This document shows positions 9,910 through 19,328 of a stretch of DNA of 64,000 nt, piece after piece. The stretch comes from an uncultured Gammaproteobacteria bacterium (GTDB lineage Bacteria; Patescibacteriota; Microgenomatia; UBA10105; UBA927), in assembly GCA_964349125.1 (NCBI GenBank), contig CAYGFH010000002.1, positions 110,484 through 174,483 of the forward strand, read 5' to 3'. Each line of letters begins with the position of its first letter. Position 1 is the stretch's first letter. Under the pieces are notes generated by a model. That model did no database searches. It saw only the letters and a list, made by a program, of their open reading frames with translations, and had not been told where the DNA came from. The translations under genes and the position numbers were made by a program.

Positions 9910-10416
9910 TCAATCCGCACACACGACATAGTCAGTGGTGGGAACCACGCTGGAGGGGCAAATGGCATCACATCGTAAATGGGACTTTGCGATCTCAGGG
10001 TCAGACACGTTTTCAAGCGTGCTCCACATGCAAAAATCATCCCCGCTGTTTTGCTGTTGATAGTACCACTCATAATCGGAGGGTGGCGGCAATAATTTCA
10101 TGTATACATCCGTAGAACAGGTCGCACCACTTGCAAATACACCGCTGCATTCTGCCAGACAGTCCTGATTCGGAGGTGACCCAGCTTTACATCCGTTAAA
10201 TGTGTTCGTGGCGGTTGTTGCCGGACCGGGATAGATATTGTAATCGTTGTAATAGAGACGGAGAGCATTTTTTACCTGCCGAAACTCGGCTTTAATCTTC
10301 ACATCCTTCGCCCGTTGCCTGGCCCCCAAAAAATTAGAAGATATAAACGCCACAAGGATGGCAATAATGGCAATAACGACGAGTATCTCAATGAGTGTAA
10401 ATCCCAGTTTTTTCAT
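9910..10416 (-). CDS. Type IV pilin / pseudopilin-like protein (prepilin-type N-terminus)
   Basis: MKKLGFTLIEILVVIAIIAILVAFI: class III leader with a G|FTLIE cleavage/methylation motif and Glu at +5. Confidence 0.65.
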   Translation of the reverse strand: MKKLGFTLIEILVVIAIIAILVAFISSNFLGARQRAKDVKIKAEFRQVKNALRLYYNDYNIYPGPATTATNTFNGCKAGSPPNQDCLAECSGVFASGATCSTDVYMKLLPPPSDYEWYYQQQNSGDDFCMWSTLENVSDPEIAKSHLRCDAICPSSVVPTTDYVVCAD

Positions 10417-10422
10417 AGTCTA

Positions 10423-10941
10423 TTATTCTATGGCCACATTTGTGCTGGATATGCCATACGTACACGAGTACGTACCTCCGCAGATCCGCGTCCCGTATCC
10501 ACTTTGATTTATTCCGGCTCCAGTGTCAAGTTCATTCTCAAGACTGGCATATAGTTTAAAATAACTGCCGTCAGATTCATAATAATACGATCTGCCTGAT
10601 TGCGGATCAGAGGGAAGGGCAATCATATACACAGTGGGAGCGCCGGAGGCGGGAGTTTTTTTCCATGGATCTCCCCACTCGCACAACTGCTGTCCATCGA
10701 TGCCACATCCTTTGATTTGATTGGTGGACACGTCTGATTCAGGGTATGCTCCAAAATCGTTATAATAGGTTTCCATAGCCAGGGATATTTGCCTCAGATC
10801 GTTTTTCCGCCGCACATCTCGGGATTTTTTCTGAGAAGAAGTAAAGCTTCCGAGACCGGCAACTATGAGCACGCCGAGGATAGCAATGACCACAAGAAGC
10901 TCCATGAGGGTAAACCCTGCAGATTTTCGAATATTTCTCAT
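10423..10941 (-). CDS. Type IV pilin-like protein
   Basis: I moved the start to the internal Met giving MRNIRKSAGFTLMELLVVIAILGVLIVAGL (prepilin motif). The track start at 10989 adds an unlikely 16-aa extension. Confidence 0.6.
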   Translation of the reverse strand: MRNIRKSAGFTLMELLVVIAILGVLIVAGLGSFTSSQKKSRDVRRKNDLRQISLAMETYYNDFGAYPESDVSTNQIKGCGIDGQQLCEWGDPWKKTPASGAPTVYMIALPSDPQSGRSYYYESDGSYFKLYASLENELDTGAGINQSGYGTRICGGTYSCTYGISSTNVAIE

Positions 10942-10970
10942 ACTATGTAGTTGTATCATATGTAGGACGG

Positions 10971-11633
10971 TTATGGACATCGGTACCACGGATCACCACA
11001 TAACCCCTGACAATTAGGCTCGGCAAACGACATAGGGCACCCAAGTGCCTGCGCGTTACCCACGTCATTGCACTGTCCATCTTTTCGACAGGCATATGAG
11101 CCATTAAATGTGGGGACAACCGTCGGTGTCGGCGTAAACCCATACGCTCCCTCAAAATCCTCATACCCACCACCTGCACTTGTAGGTTCAAATCCGGCAG
11201 ATACACAGTAATTATATCCGGGAGAAAATCCGCAGCCACTGACAGGATCACACCCGATTCTCGTTATATCAGGATCACTGGTGTCTTCAAGCTTTGCACA
11301 GACGCGATATCCCGAGCACACACGAGGTGAACCAGGCACATGGAGGTACGGCAACTTTGTTACAGGGTCACATGGCACCTTTGCAATATACGGACTCAAG
11401 TCTGCCCCATTACAATTTTGGAGAATTCCGGCAGCGGGATAACACTGCGCATCATTGAAGTACTCTTCAAATGTTTTCTGAATTTTTTGCAGATCGGTTT
11501 TTCGCTTTATATCACTCGCCCGCTTTATCTGTGTACCGTAATTCAACAAAACGAGGAAAAGAATAATAAGCAGGATAGAAATCACAATAAGGATTTCCAT
11601 GAGGGTAAAGCCACGTGTGCGGGCACTCGTCAT
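10971..11633 (-). CDS. Type IV pilin-like protein, Cys-rich C-terminal domain
   Basis: MTSARTRGFTLMEILIVISILLIILFLVLL prepilin motif; 12 Cys in the globular part. Confidence 0.65.
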   Translation of the reverse strand: MTSARTRGFTLMEILIVISILLIILFLVLLNYGTQIKRASDIKRKTDLQKIQKTFEEYFNDAQCYPAAGILQNCNGADLSPYIAKVPCDPVTKLPYLHVPGSPRVCSGYRVCAKLEDTSDPDITRIGCDPVSGCGFSPGYNYCVSAGFEPTSAGGGYEDFEGAYGFTPTPTVVPTFNGSYACRKDGQCNDVGNAQALGCPMSFAEPNCQGLCGDPWYRCP

Positions 11634-11975
11634 ATACCCAGTATCGCACAGTCATGACAAAAATCAATCCGGATTTGGGTTCCTACACACAGCGAAAAAC
11701 AGTACTACGGCAATAATGTATGAAAGTATACTAAACTAGATCTAGTATCATGCATATGATGATAGTTTGCATGAATACCCTACCACACGCAGAACTACGG
11801 TATCATGAATCTATTAGATATAGTTATATATTGATATAACTATGTGCGGTTTCTTACTGATATTAAATATATAAATATATAAAAATATAAATCAATATAT
11901 ATAAATCTATTCCTTTATTGATGTCTGTCCTCCACTCTTTACTTACCCCGCTGGCTCTTTTATCATACACGTACC

Positions 11976-13823
11976 ATGCACACAAAGAGACTATCTATCC
12001 AAACATTTTTCACATGGGCGCCAATCGGCATTGTGTCTCTGATCCCATTATTCTTCCTCCCGAGTATTCAGGAATATTATGAGGTGGCAAAGTGGTATGC
12101 CCTTACATTCGTCACACTGCTGGTAAGTGGCGTGTGGACGATTCGATACCTGTGGACCAAACATCCTGTGAAAGTTGAGTTTTCCAATTATACAATAGGA
12201 CTCCTTTCAATGACCGTTGTATCATTCTTGAGTCTTTTTTTCTCCTCCACAAATAGAGTCGAAGCGCTACTTAATCCGTTAGGGCCAATTACATTTGTAT
12301 GCCTTGCCGTACTCACGCTCGTTCTCTCATCCATCCTTGATACACAAACCAAGAATCTCCTGCGGACCTATATATATGGAAGCGCAAGTATCCTTGGACT
12401 CATCGCTATATATCAGCAGATTGGAATAGCGAAGTCTATGTTTCCTGGTGTTACCTATCTCTCTGATCCACTCTGGACGCCGACAGGATCCAGTCTTGCC
12501 ACCATCACGATACTGCTTTCTGTGATTCCTCTGCTTGCCACCGATATTCAGGCACAATTGAAAGAAAAGCGGGAAATGGCCGCATCTCTGTATATTATGA
12601 TGGCGCTACTGATAACAGCAGGTCTTGGGGTCACTATATGGCAATTTTTCCCAAAGATAATAACTACCCTTCTCCCTCTTTCCACAGGATGGACCATAAT
12701 GCTGGATGTTCTCAAATCAGTAAAACAGGCGGCATTTGGCATCGGAGCAGAAAATTTTCTGACAGCATTTAACATGGGCCGGCCCGCATCGTACAACATG
12801 ACTCCTCTTTGGAATATACGATTTACGTCAAATGCCAGTTTCATGCTGCATAGTGTGACTATCTATGGACTATTAGGATTCGCAGCAGGAATTCTTATGC
12901 TCAGAGGGCTCATACCTAAACAGCTCAAACATGCAGAGTCCTTGAGCCTGATCATCTGCATCGTGGCGCTTCTTTTCACACCGCCATCGCTTGCAGTGCT
13001 GTTGACTATCACCATGATCACACTGGTTTCACCTCACGCGCACACTCGGGAGCTGCATCTGCAGCACCTCCACCGCACCTGGGTAAAAGCGATACTGGCG
13101 TTTCTTGTGTTTGGCATACTTGGGTATGGTGTGTTCCTGGTTGGCCGAGAGTATAGAGCACAGCGGGTATTTTACACATCACTTCAGAGGGCAAAAGAAA
13201 ATAATGGGACAGAGACATACAATCTGCAAATTAAGGCGATAGGACTTAACAAATATGTCAGCCTATACCATCTCATTTACAGTCAAACGAACCTAGCACT
13301 GGCAATTTCACTGACCAACGCCATGAATCAGCCTGATGCTGATCAAACGCCGGAGCAAAAAGGTAAAGATCAGCAATTAGTAGCGCAACTCATCCAGCAA
13401 AGTATTAGAGAGGCAAAACTCGCGACAACACTAAATCCGGTGAGCGTACTTGCCTGGGAAAATCTCGCACGCATATATAACCAGCTCATCGACGTAGCAC
13501 AGGGAGCAGATGCATGGACCATCGCATCATATGGCAAGGCCATAGAGCTTGATCCAAATAATCCGATCCTCAGGTTCGAGCTGGGATCAGTGGCCATGAA
13601 GCAGAAAAAATATCCTGAGGCAATCTCATATTTCCAAAAATCAGCAAGTCTCAAACCAAACTATGCAAATGCGTACTATAACCTGGCCTATGCCTACAAA
13701 GAGATGGGAGACGATGCAAAAGCTCTTGAGACATTGAAGCTGACAAAAACCCTCATAGATAAAACATCATCTGATTGGGAAAAAATTACCAAGGATATCG
13801 AATCCCTTGAGCAGAAGAAATAA
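11976..13823 (+). CDS. Wzy_C (O-antigen ligase / O-oligosaccharyltransferase family) polytopic membrane protein with C-terminal TPR repeats
   Basis: About 10 TM helices. The Wzy_C-like periplasmic loop 'GIGAENFLTAFNMG...NASFMLHSVTIYGLLGF' has a His plus a G-rich motif. The C-terminal ~150 aa are TPR-like (AWENLARIYN..., NYANAYYNLAYAYKEMGDDAKALE). Confidence 0.55.
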   Translation: MHTKRLSIQTFFTWAPIGIVSLIPLFFLPSIQEYYEVAKWYALTFVTLLVSGVWTIRYLWTKHPVKVEFSNYTIGLLSMTVVSFLSLFFSSTNRVEALLNPLGPITFVCLAVLTLVLSSILDTQTKNLLRTYIYGSASILGLIAIYQQIGIAKSMFPGVTYLSDPLWTPTGSSLATITILLSVIPLLATDIQAQLKEKREMAASLYIMMALLITAGLGVTIWQFFPKIITTLLPLSTGWTIMLDVLKSVKQAAFGIGAENFLTAFNMGRPASYNMTPLWNIRFTSNASFMLHSVTIYGLLGFAAGILMLRGLIPKQLKHAESLSLIICIVALLFTPPSLAVLLTITMITLVSPHAHTRELHLQHLHRTWVKAILAFLVFGILGYGVFLVGREYRAQRVFYTSLQRAKENNGTETYNLQIKAIGLNKYVSLYHLIYSQTNLALAISLTNAMNQPDADQTPEQKGKDQQLVAQLIQQSIREAKLATTLNPVSVLAWENLARIYNQLIDVAQGADAWTIASYGKAIELDPNNPILRFELGSVAMKQKKYPEAISYFQKSASLKPNYANAYYNLAYAYKEMGDDAKALETLKLTKTLIDKTSSDWEKITKDIESLEQKK

Positions 13824-13840
13824 GCCCAATACAGAAAGCC

Positions 13841-15478
13841 ATGCGTGTTATTCACAGACTCATCCATCTGATAACTGTTCCGATTATACTCTTACACCTG
13901 CTGTTTCTGGTTCAATGGGGAATTTTTATGGGAACTGTACTGCAGCCGTACACCATATCAGTTCCCGGACACACATACGTTCCGCTTCGCGGCCATCTCA
14001 CCTATACCTCACTTATCAGGCAAAGCAGAGATGGCGCATGGAAAACGCTCACAACTCATACAACACGTCCCACACCGGAACTGTATGTGCATACGTTTTT
14101 TGTATTTTTAGGCAAACTGGCGGCGATATTTCACATAGACCCGCCCACTATGTATATGGCTTCCCGGATGGCAGCAGCTGTGATTTTATTCTGGAGTACC
14201 TATTGGTTTGTTCACACACTGCTCCCAAAGCCCATCCATTCTCTTGCGTTGTTTTTTATCCTCGCGCTAGAGCCCGGACCAATGCTTTCTACTATCACCA
14301 CAAGTCTCACCACCTGGAGACCCGCGATATTCAGTTATTATCCGCAAATCGTGAGCCTCAGGCACTTCGGACTTCCCCACCATACGCTGGGAGAAGCGCT
14401 GGGCCTTATCTCAATCACCCTTTTGTTTTTGGCAGTAAAAAAGCCGACGTTCTCCAGACTGGTATGGCTTGGTATAGCAACCTTTCTGGGTGTAAATGTG
14501 CTACCGCCCTACTTTATCATCATCAGCATTTGCCTGCTTTTGCCGTGGGCACTATGGGCTCTCGTACATAGCTCGGTCGCACGGATTGTACTCCCCATGA
14601 GTATCAAAGTAGGGATTATCGCACTGGTATCCCTCTTTCTGAAAGCTCAGATGTCTCAGGGATATCCTGCGAAAGACTTTAATATAGACGAAAAGCGGTG
14701 GGTCACGAACGCGGATGTACTCGTGAGTTACGCCTCTACCCTCATACTGTATATCCCCTTTATCGCACTTCTATGGTCCAGATGCATCGGAGTATGGAGA
14801 ACGCTGGATACCTCAACGAAACGGCTGATTGCTCTTATGAGTGCATGGACTGTACTGCCCGCACTCCTTGTCCCACTATCCAGTTACGCCTGGTTTCCGC
14901 TTGCAAACTTCAGACTCATGGATGGGTATAATTACGCGCCTGCTGGTATACTCGCTGCTATCGGATTTTACTACGGTATGAAAATGATTCGAAACCATGC
15001 GGCGTCACAGTTTATCGCCGGGTTTCTGATGATGGGACTTGTACTGGCAACGGGATTTCTGTCGTATCACTATACGAAGCTTGTTCTCACCGAACAAAGC
15101 TACCCATGGACAAATGTGTATATACACAATGATCATTACAAGGCATTCAAATTCCTTGGTACGGTACCCAACATGAGTGGTCTGATGATCAGCAATCATT
15201 TTGGGGAAATCGCACCGGAATTTGCTCCAGTACGCGCATTTATTGGATCCACTCCTGGTTTTGTGGATTGGGATGAACGGTTTTGGATAGTCGGACGATT
15301 TTATAGTCAGTCATTCACAGAGAGCGATGCCGCTGCGTTGCTGGCACGGGAAGATATCTCGTATGTGTATTATGGTGATGCTGAGAAGAGCATTAACACA
15401 TCAGGCAGACCATTGTATCCGAATTTGTTGACGCCGGTATTTGAGACACCGGTCGTCACAGTATACAAAGTCAAATAG
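13841..15478 (+). CDS. Polytopic membrane protein, putative GT-C-fold glycosyltransferase (paralog family member)
   Basis: More than 10 TM helices with a C-terminal soluble domain ending ...ISYVYYGDAEKS...VVTVYKVK. This architecture is shared with 11 other ORFs in the window. Confidence 0.35.
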   Translation: MRVIHRLIHLITVPIILLHLLFLVQWGIFMGTVLQPYTISVPGHTYVPLRGHLTYTSLIRQSRDGAWKTLTTHTTRPTPELYVHTFFVFLGKLAAIFHIDPPTMYMASRMAAAVILFWSTYWFVHTLLPKPIHSLALFFILALEPGPMLSTITTSLTTWRPAIFSYYPQIVSLRHFGLPHHTLGEALGLISITLLFLAVKKPTFSRLVWLGIATFLGVNVLPPYFIIISICLLLPWALWALVHSSVARIVLPMSIKVGIIALVSLFLKAQMSQGYPAKDFNIDEKRWVTNADVLVSYASTLILYIPFIALLWSRCIGVWRTLDTSTKRLIALMSAWTVLPALLVPLSSYAWFPLANFRLMDGYNYAPAGILAAIGFYYGMKMIRNHAASQFIAGFLMMGLVLATGFLSYHYTKLVLTEQSYPWTNVYIHNDHYKAFKFLGTVPNMSGLMISNHFGEIAPEFAPVRAFIGSTPGFVDWDERFWIVGRFYSQSFTESDAAALLAREDISYVYYGDAEKSINTSGRPLYPNLLTPVFETPVVTVYKVK

Positions 15479-15481
15479 CCA

Positions 15482-16516
15482 CTAGGTATGCCCACGATGC
15501 GTGGTGCGGAAGAATTGGTAGTACACCGCTCCCGCAACAATCACACAGTACAGTATGACCCCTGTTACCAGCGATTTCAGGGTAAACAGAAGCCCTTTTT
15601 CGTGGTATACGAATCGCAAAAATTTACCCAGTAGCACCACATGGATGCAAAATAGAATGGCAGATAGCCAGAGAACAGCAAGTTTTACGAGCTGGGATGG
15701 GATAATAAAAAATAGCATGCTCCCACTGGCAAGTGAAGCCACTGCACCCGCTCCTGTTATACCCGTCATACTTTCCCACAGTGTTGTTGCTACGGGATCA
15801 AACTTATGCCGCTGCCCATAAAGTCGGCTCCAGTAAAAGCTGCGCCAAAAATATTTCCGTGCAACTGGCCAGAAACCTTCAAACTCATGATGCACCCGTA
15901 CGTCAGGCGCAAAAATAATTGCGTATCGTTTTACAATACGGTACGTGATCTCCACATCCTCCATCTGGCGGAATGTTTCATTAAATCCGCCAAGCCGCTT
16001 AAACACATCTGTTTTAATCGCGGCAATGCGTGTACTGAACAGATAATAGTATCCGTCCCGATCTCGCTCATTTATCCAATAACTCCAGTCACGAAGCGCT
16101 TTAAATTGAGGGAAAAAATTATTCGTTTTTTGATGCTTGTCCCACACCCCGGTTAAGGCGGTCAGATCTTCGTCGCCTCTGAATTTCTCTGCAATTTTAC
16201 CCACCGTGTCAGGGTATACCGTCACATCACTGTCTAAAAAGACTAACACTTTCCCTTTCGCGTGTCGTGCCGCGATATTTCGCGCTGCGGCAGGTCCTTT
16301 GTTCACGGGAATTCTATATACCTCAGGAGTGGAGATCCCTGCCTTTTTCCCTAATAGCTGCAACAGGGCTTTGGGTTTCTCCGTATGTGACGCGTCGTCT
16401 CCAATACGCACCTCAAAGTTTGTGTACGAGGACTTTTTCAAACTGGAGAGAAGCACGGCAACATTTCCCCAGGAATTATAGGAAGGAATGACTATAGTGA
16501 GAAACGGCGCTGCCAT
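15482..16516 (-). CDS. Family 2 glycosyltransferase (GT-A) with C-terminal TM helices
   Basis: IVIPSYNSWGNVAVLL...RIGDDAS...VFLDSDV carries the DxD signature; the C-terminal part is hydrophobic. Confidence 0.7.
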   Translation of the reverse strand: MAAPFLTIVIPSYNSWGNVAVLLSSLKKSSYTNFEVRIGDDASHTEKPKALLQLLGKKAGISTPEVYRIPVNKGPAAARNIAARHAKGKVLVFLDSDVTVYPDTVGKIAEKFRGDEDLTALTGVWDKHQKTNNFFPQFKALRDWSYWINERDRDGYYYLFSTRIAAIKTDVFKRLGGFNETFRQMEDVEITYRIVKRYAIIFAPDVRVHHEFEGFWPVARKYFWRSFYWSRLYGQRHKFDPVATTLWESMTGITGAGAVASLASGSMLFFIIPSQLVKLAVLWLSAILFCIHVVLLGKFLRFVYHEKGLLFTLKSLVTGVILYCVIVAGAVYYQFFRTTHRGHT

Positions 16517-16684
16517 CGCACGTATTTGTATACTGTTTAGACAGAAGAGTCAATATGAGCCTGTACGAGTCCGCCCGTCTTTTCCATCTCCGTATAATTA
16601 GTGCGATACGCACGAAGTTATTTTCTGGTAAACACAATCAGATCGTCCTCCCGCTTCGCGGGACTTCGAGGGACAGGCACGAAT

Positions 16685-17617
16685 TTACTTCTTTGCAAAC
16701 ACAATCATATCATCCCAAGGGTTGATCGGGTTCATGATCTTAAAATGGTCAAAAAGTTTTCCAAGAGGTTTTAACATCCATGCTGCCCATGGGAAGTAAT
16801 CCCCTGCTCTTGTGAAAGCAAACGACAAAGGAAATGGTCGTGGAGTATCGGACAGAATTTCTATATGGGAAAATCCCGTTTTTTGCAGAAGTTTTCGCAT
16901 GGTATCGAAATCTAGAAGGACTACATGCTCCGGGTGTCTATACCCAAACCATCGTTTTCCCATGATTTTTTGCCATATTCCTCCCTGATTCGGAGTTGCT
17001 AAAACTAGCAAACCACCCTTTTTGAGTAATTTATATACTCTATTCATCATACGCAGAGGATCACGCTCGTGTTCAATAATCTGAAATGCACTGATCACAT
17101 CAAATGACGAATCCTTCAATTGTTTGACTGTATAGACAGTTCCCTGATATGCACGCAGGTTTTGTTTCAAGCAGTACGAGACAGCATCTCTGGAAATATC
17201 TATACCCTCTACCCTGAATCCTTCCTTTTTTGCTTCTTCCAACAAAACCCCCATAGCGCAGCCGATGTCAAGAAATCGCAATCCGCGAATCGTGAATCGC
17301 GAATCGTGAATCGCATCAATTTTTCGATGTTTTACGGTTAACGGTTTACGTTTAGCGATTAACGAAGATATTTCACCAACCTTCTTCTTAAAGTACGCGT
17401 GGTGAACAGCCAGTTGGTCCATATACGGATCAAAATGCTCAAGATCCTCATGATACAGGGATGCGATTTCCTTAGCTGTGGGCATCGGGACAACCTGCAC
17501 TAGGCCACAGTGCCTGCATTTTCCCATATTCCATCTTTTATGATGTGCAAATAGGATTGTAAACGAACCTGACCGGCACAGTACGCATTTCATAACCAGG
17601 TAATAATACCATACCAT
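16685..17617 (-). CDS. Class I SAM-dependent methyltransferase with N-terminal Cys4 zinc-ribbon
   Basis: Motif I LDIGCAMGVLLEE. N-terminal CVLC...CRHC. It contains an in-frame heptamer-repeat-encoded segment (KRKPLTVKHRKIDAIHDSRFTIRGLRF) immediately before motif I. Confidence 0.65.
   Translation of the reverse strand: MVWYYYLVMKCVLCRSGSFTILFAHHKRWNMGKCRHCGLVQVVPMPTAKEIASLYHEDLEHFDPYMDQLAVHHAYFKKKVGEISSLIAKRKPLTVKHRKIDAIHDSRFTIRGLRFLDIGCAMGVLLEEAKKEGFRVEGIDISRDAVSYCLKQNLRAYQGTVYTVKQLKDSSFDVISAFQIIEHERDPLRMMNRVYKLLKKGGLLVLATPNQGGIWQKIMGKRWFGYRHPEHVVLLDFDTMRKLLQKTGFSHIEILSDTPRPFPLSFAFTRAGDYFPWAAWMLKPLGKLFDHFKIMNPINPWDDMIVFAKK
17284..17364. repeat. Two heptamer arrays, (GCGAATC/GTGAATC)x4 and ACGGTTA-ACGGTTT-ACGTTTA-GCGATTA, inside the methyltransferase CDS
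   Basis: Read directly; in-frame coding. Confidence 0.8.
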
Positions 17618-17699
17618 TCGGCCATGGGAATCATGCTACTTACGAGGTTTTTTTGAGCACCAGTTTATTTTTTCGCACTCTTCAAAATACAGGCTATTT

Positions 17700-19328
17700 T
17701 TGATATCGTATGGTATTATGAGGCGGATTGGTCGTTCTCTCATAGTGTTTTTGACCCTGGCAATCACGTTAATTGCTATAAATCTGCAGTATCGCACCCA
17801 TAAAACTGCGCTCACAATCCCCGGCACGCTCAATACGTACGCAATGGGTAACACAGAGGATTACCACCAGTACATGTATATCATCAAACGCGGGATGGAA
17901 GGGCATCTCCTCTATCACAACGCGTATTCGGAGGAAAGTATTCCGGATGTACTGCTGCAACCCTTCTACCATATCGCTGGCGCCATACTGGCACCACTTC
18001 GTTTGTCGCCGTACGATGTGTATTTTTTGCTTCATCTCGTGTCACTGAGCATCCTACTTTTTTATATATACCGTCTTATCTGCAGCGTACTCAAAACTGA
18101 AACCGGTAGGACTGTAGCGTTCTTGCTGTTTATTTCCGCCACCGGTTTCTGGTCACTTACGTCTGCATATCCCTTTACGGCCGTGAGACAGTATCTGCCG
18201 GACTATAATTTTGATTTATTTATCAAGTATCATGTCATGCAGCCACATCATGACATTGCCACGGCGCTCTATATCATTGCCATCATGGCACTCTCAGAGC
18301 GTGTGTACACGTGGAGACGCATAGTCGTGGGAGGATTCTCCGCCGCGTTACTCGGATTTATTCACCCGTACATCCAGTTATTTTTATTTTTCACTCTTAT
18401 TGTTGAACACATAGTCAGAATTTTTCTTATGAGACGGGAATATTGGAAAGAGGCATTTCGCTATGTAGCCCCAATCCTTATTGCCATACCCACAGCAGCC
18501 GTCACGTACTATACGCTCGTGCATGTACTTCAGTTTGAGATAGGTCTCAAAGGTATTGTCACCCATCTACCCAGGCAACAGACTTTTTGGTCATATACGG
18601 TGTCTCTGGGTCCACTGCTGTTCACTTCCCTATGTTGTGTGTTCCACATCAAAAAAATTGTAGAGATACCCATTCTCCGCTTTATGGCAATTTGGGCATA
18701 TCTTCCCATCATTCTGTTTTTTTTGCCAGATTATCAAATACCCATCAATACTTGGCGATTGTTTCAGACGTATCAGCATATACCAATGGCTATCCTCACC
18801 GCCTATTCACTGGTGTCTTGGGCAAAAACCTCCCGCCTGTTCGCCCTCAGTATCCCGGTGATTGCGGCAGGCTTCCTCATCTATGGGGGAGGTATGTATG
18901 CGTACGCCTATAAAGAAGCCACACAACCAGCCAATAGACTCGTCTGGACTGTAGACGTTCCGCATGTGGTCCTCTCGTTGTTTGAATACCTCAACACAGC
19001 GAGCGAGCCCGATAGTGTCGTGTTAGCTGGCGGCCAATTGTCAAACCTAATTCCTGAATTCACCCATAATCGTGTCATTATCGGACACAACGGGGATAAC
19101 CGTAATTTTCTTGCCAAACAGGCTGACATAAGCGGTTTTCTTATGGGAAATGTACCACTGTCTGAAGTCAGGAATTTTTTATCCCGATACCGTGTATCGT
19201 ACATTATCTTTGGTATAGATGCGCCATACTTCGCCAACACTCCCTATACAGCATTACCGTTTCTTAAGGAAGTGTACGTGGAGCCAAAAACAGGGTTTTC
19301 AGTGGTGCAGGTGCTCACTGACAAATGA
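17700..19328 (+). CDS. Polytopic membrane protein, putative GT-C-fold glycosyltransferase (paralog)
   Basis: About 12 TM helices. N-terminal loop motif 'EDYHQYMYIIKRGMEGH' resembles the D-Y-x2-Y-x3-I-x-QG motif of the other paralogs. C-terminal soluble domain ...VSYIIFGIDAPYF... Confidence 0.35.
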   Translation: MISYGIMRRIGRSLIVFLTLAITLIAINLQYRTHKTALTIPGTLNTYAMGNTEDYHQYMYIIKRGMEGHLLYHNAYSEESIPDVLLQPFYHIAGAILAPLRLSPYDVYFLLHLVSLSILLFYIYRLICSVLKTETGRTVAFLLFISATGFWSLTSAYPFTAVRQYLPDYNFDLFIKYHVMQPHHDIATALYIIAIMALSERVYTWRRIVVGGFSAALLGFIHPYIQLFLFFTLIVEHIVRIFLMRREYWKEAFRYVAPILIAIPTAAVTYYTLVHVLQFEIGLKGIVTHLPRQQTFWSYTVSLGPLLFTSLCCVFHIKKIVEIPILRFMAIWAYLPIILFFLPDYQIPINTWRLFQTYQHIPMAILTAYSLVSWAKTSRLFALSIPVIAAGFLIYGGGMYAYAYKEATQPANRLVWTVDVPHVVLSLFEYLNTASEPDSVVLAGGQLSNLIPEFTHNRVIIGHNGDNRNFLAKQADISGFLMGNVPLSEVRNFLSRYRVSYIIFGIDAPYFANTPYTALPFLKEVYVEPKTGFSVVQVLTDK

